From: Callorhinchus milii
Lineage: Eukaryota
Direction of reading: 5' to 3'
Length of the DNA: 64,000 nucleotides
Assembly (NCBI RefSeq): GCF_018977255.1
Contig: NW_024704742.1
Coordinates: forward strand, 94,056,001-94,120,000
This document shows positions 1 to 11,408 of the stretch, one piece after another. The notes below the pieces were generated by a model, which was not told where the DNA came from, searched no databases, and saw nothing but the letters and a program-made list of their open reading frames with translations. A program made the translations under genes and the position numbers. The number at the start of each line of letters is the position of its first letter. The stretch's first letter is position 1.

Positions 1-1895
1 GGTGGGCAAGGCGGGGAACGTAAAGCAGGCTGGAGCCCACTCAGCAGCGGGAGTGAGCAGGATGGTAGGGGGTTAGGAGGTCGCAGAGGTAGGGAGAGCA
101 AGATCATGAAGGGCTTTGAGAGTGAAGACCAGGATCTTGAACTGTATCCTCTGTGGGATGGGAAGTCAGTGGAGTCAGGCGACGATGGGGGTGATAGGGT
201 CACGGAGCCTGGTGCTGGAGAGGACACGGGCTGCAGAGTTCTGAATGATCTGCGGCCTATGGAGGGAGGAGTTGGGGAGGCTAACAAGCAAGGAGTTTGC
301 ATAGTCAAGGCTGGATGTAATGAATGAGGGTGGATGTATGAGGGTTTTGGCGGCCTGTGGTGTGAGACAGTAGCAGAGCCGGGCAACGTTGCGGAGGTGG
401 GGGAAGGCAGAACGGGTCATGGCGCAGATGAGGGGTAGAAAGGATAGTTGAGGGTCAAACAAGACCCCAAGGTTCCAGACTGGCTTAGAAAAGTGGAGTG
501 TGTATCCATGGATGGTGATGCTGTCAGCGCCTGAGGTGAGGAGGCACTGACAGGAGCCAATCAGGAGAGCCTCGGTCTTGTTGACATTCAACTGAAGAAA
601 GTTAGCTCTCACCCAGGACTTGATGTCTGACAGACGTTTTGCCAGGACAGCAGTGATCCTGGAGTCAAGAGTGGAGGCAGAAAGGTACAGTTGGGTCTCA
701 TCCACATACATGTGGAAGTTGACCCCATGTCTGCGGATGATGTCACCAAGAGGGAGCACATAGATATTGAAGAGGAGCGGACTAAGGATAGAGCCCTGAG
801 GAACACCGTACAAGGCTAGAGGAGAAACCCTTTGTGGAGATGAAGTACAGGTGATGTGAGAGTTACATCTCAACCATTCAAGGATACACTGTGGAGGTTA
901 AGGTGTGAGACGCGATGGATGAGGATAGAGTGGTCAACAGTGTCGAAGGCAGCAGAGAGGTCAAGGAGGACAAGGAGGCAGAGGGAGCCCTGATCGCAGA
1001 TGGACAGAATGTAATTTGTCAATTTGACCAGGGCTGTTTGATTGGAAGGGTTTATGAAGGGAGTAGCGATAGAGGAAGGAGCGAAACTGGGAAACAACGA
1101 CTTGTTCCAGGACCTTGGAGAGGAAAGGGAGGTTGGAGATGGGGCAGTAGTTTGAGAGCAGGATTGGGTCCATGGAGGGTTTTTTTAAGGATAGGAGTGA
1201 TGACTGTTTTTAAAGGGGTGGGAATGGTACCAGTGGACAGAGAGGTAAATGATGTCTGTGAGTGGAGGGGCAAGGAGGTGGAGCTAGGAGGTAAGGCGAG
1301 GGGTAGGGATGGGGTCGAGGGAGCAGGTGGTCGGTTTCATGAGGGTTATAGTGGTGGTGAGGGAGGAGTGGGAGACAGGTTTGAAGGTGTGGAGGGAAGG
1401 ATTGGTAGGGGCTGGGATGTGAGGGGGAGGGGGTAATAGACGGAAGGGCAGAGGCAGCTGAGCGGACTCCCTTGACTTTGGATTTGAGGAAGTCCAGAAT
1501 TGTCTCGTAGTTGGCATTGGAGGTGAGGATGGGTTAGGCATGACAGGGTGAGTGGAGGAGCTGGTTGATGATGAAGAGGATCCTGGGGTTGTCCTTGGCT
1601 TCCACGTTTGTCTTGGAATAGAACAATGATTTAGTGGAGGCGAGGGCGAAGCAGTAAGATTTGATAAGGTCCAGTCAAACTCCAGATGGACTGTTAAGTT
1701 CAATTTAAGCCAGGTGCGTTCAGCAGCACACACCTGTACTTTAAGGGAGCGGAGGTGGCTGATGTACAATGGAGACTTTCATGAGTAGGGGATGATTCGG
1801 GAAGTGAGGGGAGCAAGGGATTTGAGAGTGGTGGAGAGAGAGCTGGATAAGAGTGACCAAGGAAGATAGGTCATTGTGGGAGGGAAGAGTGCTAC
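1..1895 (-). mobile_element. L2-clade LINE, degenerate ORF2 (reverse transcriptase), truncated by the window edge
   Basis: Minus-strand ORF pieces: [80 protein letters not shown]. Frameshifted. Confidence 0.93.
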
Positions 1896-2227
1896 CAAAT
1901 GAACAAAGCTGACACCTATATGTAAAATTCCAAACTAAGTAAACATTGTGAATTTCTATTTGACAGACAGACATGAACATCTTGGACATTTTCTCATATT
2001 AGCATCTCTTTTATTGATTGTGAATGTAACCAACAAGTACAAGCAAGCAAGCAAGCAAGCTTTCATACCTTAATCAGAAACAGAAGGAATGTTCATTCTT
2101 TTTTAAAGAACTCAGAAGTGGTTCAGTGTTGGAATGTGGATTAGCTGATGTCTTGTTTTCCTCTTTACTCCATTTATTTGCAGGAAACACTTGGTAGACG
2201 TCCCACTTTTGTAGTGTATTTTGTGTA

Positions 2228-2312
2228 GGGGCCCAACTCCTGTTCCTGCTGAACTGAGCCAGTATGTAAGATAGTAACTGTTATCAGCTCAGTAGGCACA
2301 AGAGATCAGGTC
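2228..2312 (-). ncRNA. MIR24-1: pre-miR-24-1 hairpin (3p 2261-2240 UGGCUCAGUUCAGCAGGAACAG; 5p 2299-2277 GUGCCUACUGAGCUGAUAACAGU)
   Basis: Mature 3p arm matches miR-24 and the 5p arm is miR-24-1-like. Third member of the AOPEP-hosted cluster, same orientation and expected order. Confidence 0.97.
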
Positions 2313-2395
2313 CAATCCAAACTTCAACCAATAGAGGCTAACAAAGATATGAGCATCCCAAATTATAAACCTGCATGAAATAACAAAGCATTTAG

Positions 2396-2625
2396 AATAA
2401 TAATCCTTACATTTGGAATTGCATCTTTCATCTGGGGGGGGGGGGGGGGGTATTGGGGGGGATGCGTCCCAAAGCGCTTCACAGGTTACAGGGTATACTG
2501 TAAAGTGCACTGACCGTTTTGTAGGTGGAAATAACAGCCAATTTATGCACAGCAGTGTCACACAAACAGCCTTGAAGTGAACGACCAGTTTTATTCAGGA
2601 GATTGTTGGTCAGGACACCATCAGT
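2396..2625 (-). mobile_element. SINE 3' fragment with L2-type tail and poly-G expansion
   Basis: (aat)n-ccttacatttg...cccaaagcgcttcacag tail shared with the other SINE copies; long G run at about 2434-2450. Confidence 0.75.
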
Positions 2626-2719
2626 GGACATTTTCACTATATCCGAGATTTGCAGTGTTTTAGTAGCACTTTCAACTATCAGAAAAACGCAAGCAACAGT
2701 ACATGGCATTACACTTCAA

Positions 2720-3530
2720 CCTCAAGAATATCAAGATGGCTGGCATGTCACAAGCTGTCCTGTAAAGGTCCTCCCACCACGCTGAAGGCAGATGCCCGCA
2801 GATAGCTGATGAGGATACTCTGAGGCTTGGGTTGACAACTGCTGCAAAGTGGAGTCTTAAGTTGCGAACGCACGTTCATACATCCAGGGTCTGGAATCCA
2901 CCTTGACTGGCCTTCAGAGGCAATCAGGAGCTACTTAAACTTCGCACCTCCAACAGGTGGGACCATCGCTCAACAGGAAGGGACATGTGCCCGAGTTGCG
3001 GACAGGAAGATGGTGGCAATACTCTCACATATTTCATGCTGAGCTGTGTTGACCACCAGGAAGCTCAAGGTGTTCCTGGTACCTACAATCCACCTAGTGA
3101 GAGCTCAAACCTGTGCTTGTCAGATGTCAAATGACCAACTAGTGACTGTCCTCCTTGGGGGAGAGGTAAGGGTGGTCTCCTTGGAGCTGAACTGGGTCCA
3201 AGGTGGCAGGTTTGCAATGGAATGTCAGAATTGAGCCCACTGTGGCAGTCTTGGTAATCGGTCCTGTTCCTGAGCCATGCAGAGCCGCAGTATTCCAGGG
3301 CACTGCTGATGACAGCACAGCCAGCCTAGCGCATCAGCAGGACCTGGAAGGGCAGACCAGTCACTGGTGGCAGGGAGTCATCCCACTCAGCTCCTGTTAA
3401 CCCTGCAAGCCAAAGCCCTAATGGCTAGGGTGGTCTCAGCAGATATGAAGCAGACTACACACCTTCTCTGATACGGTGGACTGTGGTGGATGCACTACAC
3501 ACTGTATACCTAAACACTATAAAACTTGAT
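2720..3530 (+). mobile_element. Old non-LTR retroelement C-terminal relic (RTEX/RTE-like zinc-knuckle region)
   Basis: In-frame QELLKLRTSNRWDHRSTGRDMCPSCGQEDGGNTLTYFMLSC (CxxC...[H>Y]FxLxC), followed by ..VLLGG in another frame; GC-richer than the flanks. Confidence 0.4.
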
Positions 3531-6500
3531 TTATATATTTTTAACTTATATTGGCAGTTTTATGTACCTTGAATACAGCTTAGGGTAAGACAAAGATACT
3601 CTTGGGAACAATCTAAATACTTCTTTTTTTTTTAAATGGTACCAGCACAGAGAAAAATAATTCATTTGAAGATTGATATGCTTGAGAGTAATGTTGTTGG
3701 CAAGTTTTTTTGTGAGGGACGAACTACAATGTCAAACCCCCTTATATAGGCGCATTGGTTTCTCAAGCTCTTTTGAACAATTTCTTATCGCCTTGTTTAT
3801 ACTTGCAAGTTCCAACAACATTACTCAGTTTCAAATTGCTTCAGAAATAAAAAGATTCTTCTGTTTTCCAAGCCCTTGGGAATGCATATGAAAGTTATTT
3901 GTAAATTGTATAATGTACTTTAAACTGATAATTATATAAAAGCAAAACATTCTGGGCACTTTGAAGTATTTTATATTAAAAATATCCAGTAAATTAAATA
4001 TTAATCCTGATCTGGTATTCTTTTTAAGAGTTCAGAATACACTCATATGAACATTTACAGATATTGAGGTTACATATACACAAACAGACACAATCAACAA
4101 TGAGGAATCTATTTTTGGAGATCTGGAAAATTCTGTAAACTCTTAACTAAACAGAACATGCTGGAATCTACAGCAACATTCAACGTACTATCTATATGCA
4201 CCTTTTTATAAACTTAAAGATGCAATTAGGTTACATTTGGTGAACTTGGTATGTGTGTAAGATGTTCACATGATATATGGTTTTATATGGGGGGTGGGAG
4301 CCGTCGACTCTGTGCGAGTGTGTGTGTGTAAGATATGTTTATAAGTATAAATGATAATGTACTCCTTTGCCCAAGTAACAGGATGGCCAGCCACAAACCA
4401 CTTTTAAGATAAATGTGCATATGCCAGCACTTTGAAAGTACTCACCTGCACTAATCTTGTTCAATTTCCTAGTCAAAAATACTATCTATCATGAGATAAA
4501 TATTGACTGTAAAATATCATCACCTATTTTGATCACTGGTTTTACTTGGCTTCCCTGGATTCTCCAAATCTAATGCGCACCAGATTGCTTTACTTTCTGG
4601 TAATTTAAGTAAGCGCTCTGGGATGCTACCCTGCTATATAAAGATGCTGTTGTTAATAGGGCTGGTCAAGGTGCAAATGAGAGCAAATCAGGTACCTTAA
4701 CCTTCAGTTGACATTTGTAAATGTTAACCAGAATTTTGTTTATACCTCATCTTCTGTGCTCATCAATACTGAGGACTGTGTCCTTGGGAACTCTTTTGCA
4801 TTCTGGGCACTTAGCGTCAGCATTAAGATTAGGTGTCACACAGTAAAACTCTGTTTTTCCCCCAACGATATGCCTTAACACCCAACGTTAAAAATATATT
4901 AAACAATGTAGCAATTTCTTCACCGGATATATTTATGCCTCTCAAGTGAGGTTGCTTATTTAGCACCACTTTTTGATATGGATCTGTGCCCAGAGCAGGC
5001 AGACTCTAAACTTAACTTCTTGTTGGGCTTTTACAGCTGGTAGAGAAAGGGACTGTGTTGTGGATTCAGTACAGTCTGGATTCAAACCCAGGCCCTAGAG
5101 ATGAAAGGACGGTGCTAATCCAGTGCATCACCAGTTCTAGATATTTCGCATACTTTTTGTCAGAGGTCACTGGATAGCAGTTGGTTTGTTTTGTCCATTC
5201 CCCATCAACAGCTTGGGGAGACTGAGTTCAATTGTAGTTCCCCACAACTCTCCTGATGATGATAACACAGTTCAGTCCAGGGATCAAAGCAGGGATCCCC
5301 TTGATCTGTACAGTTGAGTCCCACCAGCATGCTCCTCAGTGCATTTATCCACAGTCTCTGCACTGAAACATGAACTACAATTACATGTGTAAAACTAGGC
5401 AATATAGAAGTTACGCAATACCATCGCTCAACCCAAAACACTTGAGTTCTAACCCCCCTCATTAGTACTCACCTGTATATTGGCAAAACCACTCCAACCC
5501 AATGCTTACCTCACAGTTAGTTCATGTTTATTTCAGTTTGTGGTATATTTTATTGTGTTCAAATGTCGACACATGGCCCTAAATATGTGTTATATATAAA
5601 TTTTGTGCACTATATGATCTGCGTTGGTTTCAAGATTTACTGCTTTTCCATTTGTCTTGGCAACATTTACTCTATTTAAAGAAAAAAAAACTCCATACTC
5701 AGTTTTATACATTTGAGGCCCACACGCACACCATCACTGCAACAAGCGTCAACATTCAGTTAAGAAACTATGTAAAACCTCAGCATCAATTTTAGCTATT
5801 TTGATCTGATTTACAGTATTTCTTGATAATAGATTCTTTGATAAGAAATCCACAAAAAAGTATGGAAATCCGTTTAAAGTAAAGTATGTGAAATATCTAG
5901 AACTGTGCATACGAGAACTCCTTCTGGTAAGAACATGTCACACCACCCTGTGGTAATCCCAAGTGATGACTTCTCCAGGGTCAATGGGAATTCCAATGGG
6001 ATATCCTTTTAATGATTGCAACCTAAACATTCAAGAAATACCGCAAATTAGATCCCATTAAAGCTAAACCACTAAACTAAAACGTTTAAAATTAAATTGC
6101 AATGAAAAACAAATTTTAAATCGAGTTCACCTGTGTTGAGCTGAACTTGCTTAGACAAAAGCCAGCAACTCTGGCCTGGAGAGTCCCACGACCCACTTAC
6201 CTTTCCATCGCTCAAGGGTGTTTAAACCTTTTTATTTTAATCCAATCAAGACACTGCCAATCTCTCTTGGTATTCCATCCAGAATTATTTACACTTCTGT
6301 CAATCCTGTTAAGTTATTACAGTATATCGCTTTCTTTGAAGACTTTATGCGTTGCTAGATGGATCAATGCCAATAAGGCCCTTTAAAAATCGGACTCAAG
6401 AATACTTTTCCCATAGATACTAACATTAATCATCGTCCAGGAATCCGTCTAATCCAGCATTATATAATAAGATTAGAAAATAAAGAAATCGGATTTACCA

Positions 6501-6658
6501 CTTGAATTCTGGGTCCAACTACAGATGGCACTTTTAATACAGCCATTGCTACTCGGAAAATATCTAAACAGTGGCACCCGCACCAATGTTTATCACTGGT
6601 GTCACTGAAAAGGACAACTTTACCACAGCCTCACAGTGACACCACATCCTGCACCAAA

Positions 6659-6830
6659 ACACTGACCCCACAGCCTCCACTAACACACTGACCCCACAGC
6701 CTCCACTAACACACTGACCCCACAGCCTCCACTAACACACTGACCCCACAGCCTCCACTAACACACTGACCCCACAGCCTCCACTAACACACTGACCACA
6801 GCCTCCACTAACACACTGACCACAGCCTCC
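6659..6830 (+). repeat. Minisatellite, 26-bp unit CACACTGACCCCACAGCCTCCACTAA (5 copies plus 2 shorter 24-bp-type copies, last partial)
   Basis: The ACTG register falls at 6661, 6687, 6713, 6739, 6765, 6791 and 6815. Confidence 0.95.
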
Positions 6831-7015
6831 AACAACAACAACAACAACAAGATTCCATTTATTGAGCGCCTTTCATGTCGGCAGGACGTCCCAAGGCGCT
6901 GTACAGTTGGGTCAGGACCCGAGCAAGGGGGAAATGGTAAGGGGAGGGAAGGGAGGGAGCAAGGAGGGGGTAGAGAGTTGAGAGGGGAGCTGAAGGCACG
7001 GTCAAAGAGGTCCAC
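6831..7015 (-). mobile_element. L2 3' terminal fragment with (AAC)n tail
   Basis: (aac)n followed by ccatttattgagcgcctttca...cccaaggcgctgtaca, the same tail type as the L2 at 23688. Confidence 0.7.
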
Positions 7016-7318
7016 TCCTCCACACTCAATCCTCACCAGCCCCCGATGCCCTCATGTGTCACCGAGCTCTTTGTGCCCCCCAATCGGCATCCATTCAATG
7101 GAGAACCATACAATGAAGTACAATCCCACAGTTCCCCCAAAATGCTGACGTTAATAAAAGCTAAATATCACCTGCGCTGCATACACAGATATCAGGAAAT
7201 CCACATTTACTGGAGTTCTGATCAACAATAAAGGAACAATAGTGCACGTAGTTTAGAAGAATTCCCGGCAGATCTTGCTGACATTTTCCACAGGTTTCCA
7301 ATGCCCCAGTCATCATTC

Positions 7319-7410
7319 CCTCTCTTCAGGTGCAGAACTTAGCCACTGTGAACAAAGCAACAACAATCACTGTTCACCAATCAGCTAAGCTCTGCACCTC
7401 GCCAGAGAGG
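7319..7410 (-). ncRNA. MIR27B: pre-miR-27b hairpin (3p 7352-7332 UUCACAGUGGCUAAGUUCUGC; 5p 7393-7372 AGAGCUUAGCUGAUUGGUGAAC)
   Basis: Both arms match miR-27b; conserved lower stem AGGTGCAG...CTGCACCT; about 180 nt downstream of miR-23b. Confidence 0.98.
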
Positions 7411-7559
7411 CCAGGCTCGATGGGTGGATTACCCCAATGGCGTGCATTGGCATGGTGATAATCTTCCTCCTTTGTTTACAAATGAGAACCTTTAGGTTCT
7501 ATCATTTTTTAGCTTGTGTTTGTTACATTTTCTGCGGTTTCCATAACAGCAGCAGAGAA

Positions 7560-7645
7560 GGCAGTGGCTACGTGGTAATCCCTGGCAATGTGATTTTTAT
7601 CTCATGTCACAAATCAGCATGCCAGGAACCCACACAGTCACAACA
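7560..7645 (-). ncRNA. MIR23B: pre-miR-23b hairpin (3p 7594-7572 AUCACAUUGCCAGGGAUUACCAC; 5p 7632-7611 UGGGUUCCUGGCAUGCUGAUUU)
   Basis: Both arms match vertebrate miR-23b; apical UGUG motif present; expected position in the 3' intron of AOPEP. Confidence 0.98.
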
Positions 7646-10234
7646 GCATGCAGGAAGGCTCGCACAGTGTGTGTGTGTGTGTGACGTACGGACACAGTCC
7701 ATTTCTCACTTTGTAAAATGCTTCAACTTTGTAGTTTTGCAAAGTATTTCTTTTAAACGGTGGATGCAGCAGGATTTTGAAAAACTTCCAACGATTTGGA
7801 GAATCATACAGCAAGGCAGGATTCCGTCCAGCAGTCGTTTTGTTGAACTTAGTTTCATTCTCCCAAACCCACAGAACTTTTACCAAAATTCCTCACGGTT
7901 ATCGGTTGGGTTTGATCAATCCCATTGTAAGGAAACAGATGCCGATAGAGCAATAACTAAACTATTTGCATTCAAAATGTCAGTGGCCCAGAACGTTTAA
8001 CGCACAAAACCTAAATAAAATATGAAGATATCCCCATGTTATGAGTAGCTCAGTCACATTGTCTACATTAACATTAAACAGGATGCAGGTTATTCAACAA
8101 CAGCTTTCACTTTTATTGGGCCTTTCACATAGGATGGCACCTTACAACCAAGTTACAGCCTTTCAGGCCTTTAGCCTCTCTGCCCCCAACGTTTGGAATG
8201 ACATCCTACCGTCCCGGCACCTTGCTCCCTCCCTTGCCCCCACAAGTCCATCTCAAAACTTTCCTCACCTGCACCATTGTACAAAGTAATTTAATGTTAG
8301 TAATATTTCTACCAGTATTTTAAACAATATACTAAATACTTGTGACATTCACATTTTGTTTCAAGTTTCAGTAAAGAAACTTGCAGATTGTAAAACAATT
8401 TGAAGTAGATCAAATGTTTTGATACTCACCTGCTTTTTTCCATAGAATTGTGACTAATTCCCCCCTTCCAAATTTTTATTGTTCATTATCTTCGAATAAT
8501 CAATTTCTATCCCTTTGCCCTTTCTTTCTGAACCAAATTCATCTAAACTCTGGGCTAGATGTAGGACCCCAGCATGGTAACTTGCTGCCAACTCAGCACA
8601 ATAGATTCAGAATACCTCACATTTCTCCAATCGAGCAATCATGACAGTAGAACAATAGAAATATACAGCACATTCAGACCATGGTATTTATACTGGCTCT
8701 TCGAAAGAGCAATCCATTTTATCCCATTTACCTGCCTGCCCCCTCCCCCACTACCGCCCCCAAACGTAAATGTAAATTATACATTCCAAACGACTTCATT
8801 CCAGCGCAGAAGGTAAACCTTTTCCTCCCCAAATAAGAAAAATGTAAGTTATGCACTACAGTGTACAAGCTGAAATGGTACTGAGAATGGCTTAATACGA
8901 TTTCTGAAAATGCCCTCGATTGCAATCATTTGCACCACAACAATCTTCAGTTAGTTAATGAGCAGCTACTGTACTTTCTAATAAATGTATACTCTTTTTT
9001 TATATAAAAAAACTATATTAAAAAGAAATGTTCAGCTGCTGCTCAGTGAATAACTTTGCCAGGTCTGTCACTCTTATTTCTCAGCACTGTGGAGGCTGGT
9101 AGGGAATCAGGAGGGGGGGGCAGGAAAGAGTCTTGATTTGCTAAGGGTATAATTCGCACTCCACCCACTCAAACAGTCAAGCACTCGGTTTCCAGGCATC
9201 CGCATCAATGAAGTTTGTAAACGGGAAGTGCTCTTGTTAATTATCATGCTGTAGCAATACCTGCCCAAATGTGGCATTTAGTCAACAGGAATGTTCATAG
9301 GAAGAAAGGCTCAGCACAAACATAATTATGTTTTGTTAAAAAAAACAATCTTCTGCTGAGCTTATGGAAAATTAACATGAGTGATTGATAAGTTTCAGAA
9401 AAACCTACTATTCCACTAGCACGCTGTTCTGCATAGAAATCTACTGATCGTAAATCCACATTTTTTTTTTAATTGTTATTTCCCGCCCCTCACACTCTTC
9501 CCAAGCCATGCACCAACTCAAATCAATAAAGCCTGCATTACCAGGCAATACAAGTAGGCCAAGCCATGTATCTGCCGGGGCCACAAAAGAATGGCAAGGT
9601 AGGTATCCCGCTCTCTGCAGAAATGCCAGTGGAAAGCACCACTTGAGATGCTTTCAAAAGCCTCTTGAGAAATCAGCATTTCCCCCACACTGTCTCAAAC
9701 CAGTAGCCCAGCAAAGTAAATGGAGTGGACCTGCTAAATCAGGATAATCCCTAGCTAACTGGTGCCCCAGTAATATTTGATTCTTCTCTCCAACTCGGAT
9801 TATTCAAGGCAGTTCTCTTTTTTTCTCCCAAATACAGTATTTTGCACTTAATGCATGTTAGGTGGTACTGAGTCACAGAAAGTGCAATGTTTGAAGTTCA
9901 ATGGATAGAACTCTAGCTTCACATCTAGTTTTTATGTGGTGGGAGTGAGGGAGGAGAGATAGAGAGCAAGGGATGGGAGTACCACCATTTGTATTAGTGA
10001 CAGAACGTCTATTTTAAAATCAAAAAATGAAATATTGAGTAACACTAATTTGAAAACACTGAAAAATGTTTGAGTTTTTTTTAGAAAAAACTTTAGACCT
10101 AATTAAAGTCCACTGCTCCTTGTATAAACGTGTAATGTGAAATATTTCAGCTGTAGGCCACGAGTTACATTCAGACACTTCAATACTTCTGGGACCAGAC
10201 TATGGCTAAACAATTCAGAAACTCTGAACGTCTG

Positions 10235-10635
10235 CACTTTCAACTACAATCTATTTATTATTAAGCTGCAAATCAAACTGGCGACACTGCATGAATATTT
10301 GTCCACCTTGTTTAATAACACGTTTACAACCACTTGGGACCATCGGGTGATTTTCAACACCGCAGGCCTATATATAACCTGCATTTCTGAACTCGTGCTG
10401 AAAGGCCAACGAAGGCAGACACTGGAATGCAATCTGCAAGCCGCCATCTTCACTGCTGGGAAACCTGCTTGAAGCACGACCATGAAGATCACATGATCTT
10501 GCCCTCGCTGACAGGCGGAAAGAGTTACAAGAGAAGGTAGCTCCCTGTCCTGCAATCTCGGTCTGGTTTCCAGTCGATGAGCTCCCAGCACTGAAGTGTC
10601 CTGGGCCAACATCCAGTTGTAGTTCTGCATAGATC
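10235..10635 (-). other. Candidate AOPEP 3'-UTR terminal exon with poly(A) signal
   Basis: Branch point gctaat, pyrimidine tract gtttctgttctccacacttt and NAGNAG acceptor caagcag|G at 10636/10635. ATTAAA at 10316-10311 and AATAAA at 10259-10254, followed by GU/U-rich sequence. Confidence 0.5.
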
Positions 10636-11076
10636 CTGCTTGAAAGTGTGGAGAACAGAAACATTAGCTGGAGCAAACTGGTCTATTCACCCAGCAGGAA
10701 GTTGGATCAGGATCTGAAGGTTGAAGGTAAGGGAACATTTGAGTGCTGAACATTTTAATGCTGAGTCGCACACAGATCAGTCATCGGACTTGGCTACTCA
10801 ACAAATGTTCACCAAGAGGCACGCGGTTATGTGGTGACTCATCCAAGCACTGCACTCACTAATCCACAGGGAAAACCTTCACGCTTTCCAGCTTCATCAG
10901 TTCTCCACAAATGTTTCCCCACTTTATTGCTCAACTCCTTTTTTAAAAAAAAACGTACGAATTCAATCAGGCAAGTGCCCATGTTTTACGCGCTCAGCTG
11001 TCAAATTTCTCAACTCAGTTAATAAGCAGTGAACTGGATTGTCCACTCTCTCAGAGTACTATCTCTTCTCCTCTGG

Positions 11077-11408
11077 CTGAGAGATGTGCCTCAGTGTAGC
11101 CTGCCCTGCCCTCAGCTCAGTGCCTTGTATGTTCAGCCCATGAATGTGCCAAAGCGAGAGATCAGCCCTGTGCTGTGGGATGCACATTTGTGTTCCAACA
11201 CATTGTCCATTTAAAACCAATGCAAAGAGACTGCAATCCACAACAATCTCATCTCTGAACTGACTGCAGTAGTCCTACACAGGATAGGTTTGAGGGTTTC
11301 AGTTCAAATTGTCAGCTGGAGCGAGTCCGCTTCAGGAAATGGACAACATACAGGCAGCAAGGCACTGAGCTGAGGGCAGGGCAGGCTACACTGAGGCACA
11401 TTTCTCAG
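11077..11408. repeat. Long inverted repeat: 51-bp arms (11077-11127 and 11358-11408), one mismatch, 230-bp spacer
   Basis: ctgagagatgtgcctcagtgtagcctgccctgccctcagctcagtgccttg versus caaggcactgagctgagggcagggcaggctacactgaggcacatttctcag. Confidence 0.95.

Noticed and set aside
915..1436. 173-aa Gly-rich plus-strand ORF
   Set aside because: Antisense shadow of the C-rich L2 ORF2.
2228..2312. Antisense miR-3074-like gene on the plus strand of miR-24-1
   Set aside because: Any hairpin folds on both strands; miR-3074 is annotated in mammals and nothing here supports plus-strand expression.
5938..6305. Apparent extra coding exons (LQSLKGYPIGIPIDPGEVITWDYHRVV*) and an in-frame TGA suggesting selenocysteine
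   Set aside because: They lie downstream of the AOPEP stop, the upstream piece has stops in all frames, no SECIS was seen and no protein was recognised.
6659..6830. CRISPR-like array
   Set aside because: Head-to-tail repeats with no unique spacers, vertebrate context and no cas genes.
7437..8000. 187-aa plus-strand ORF
   Set aside because: It runs antisense across pre-miR-23b and a (GT)n tract, has no recognisable domain or exon context, and is most likely a chance ORF.
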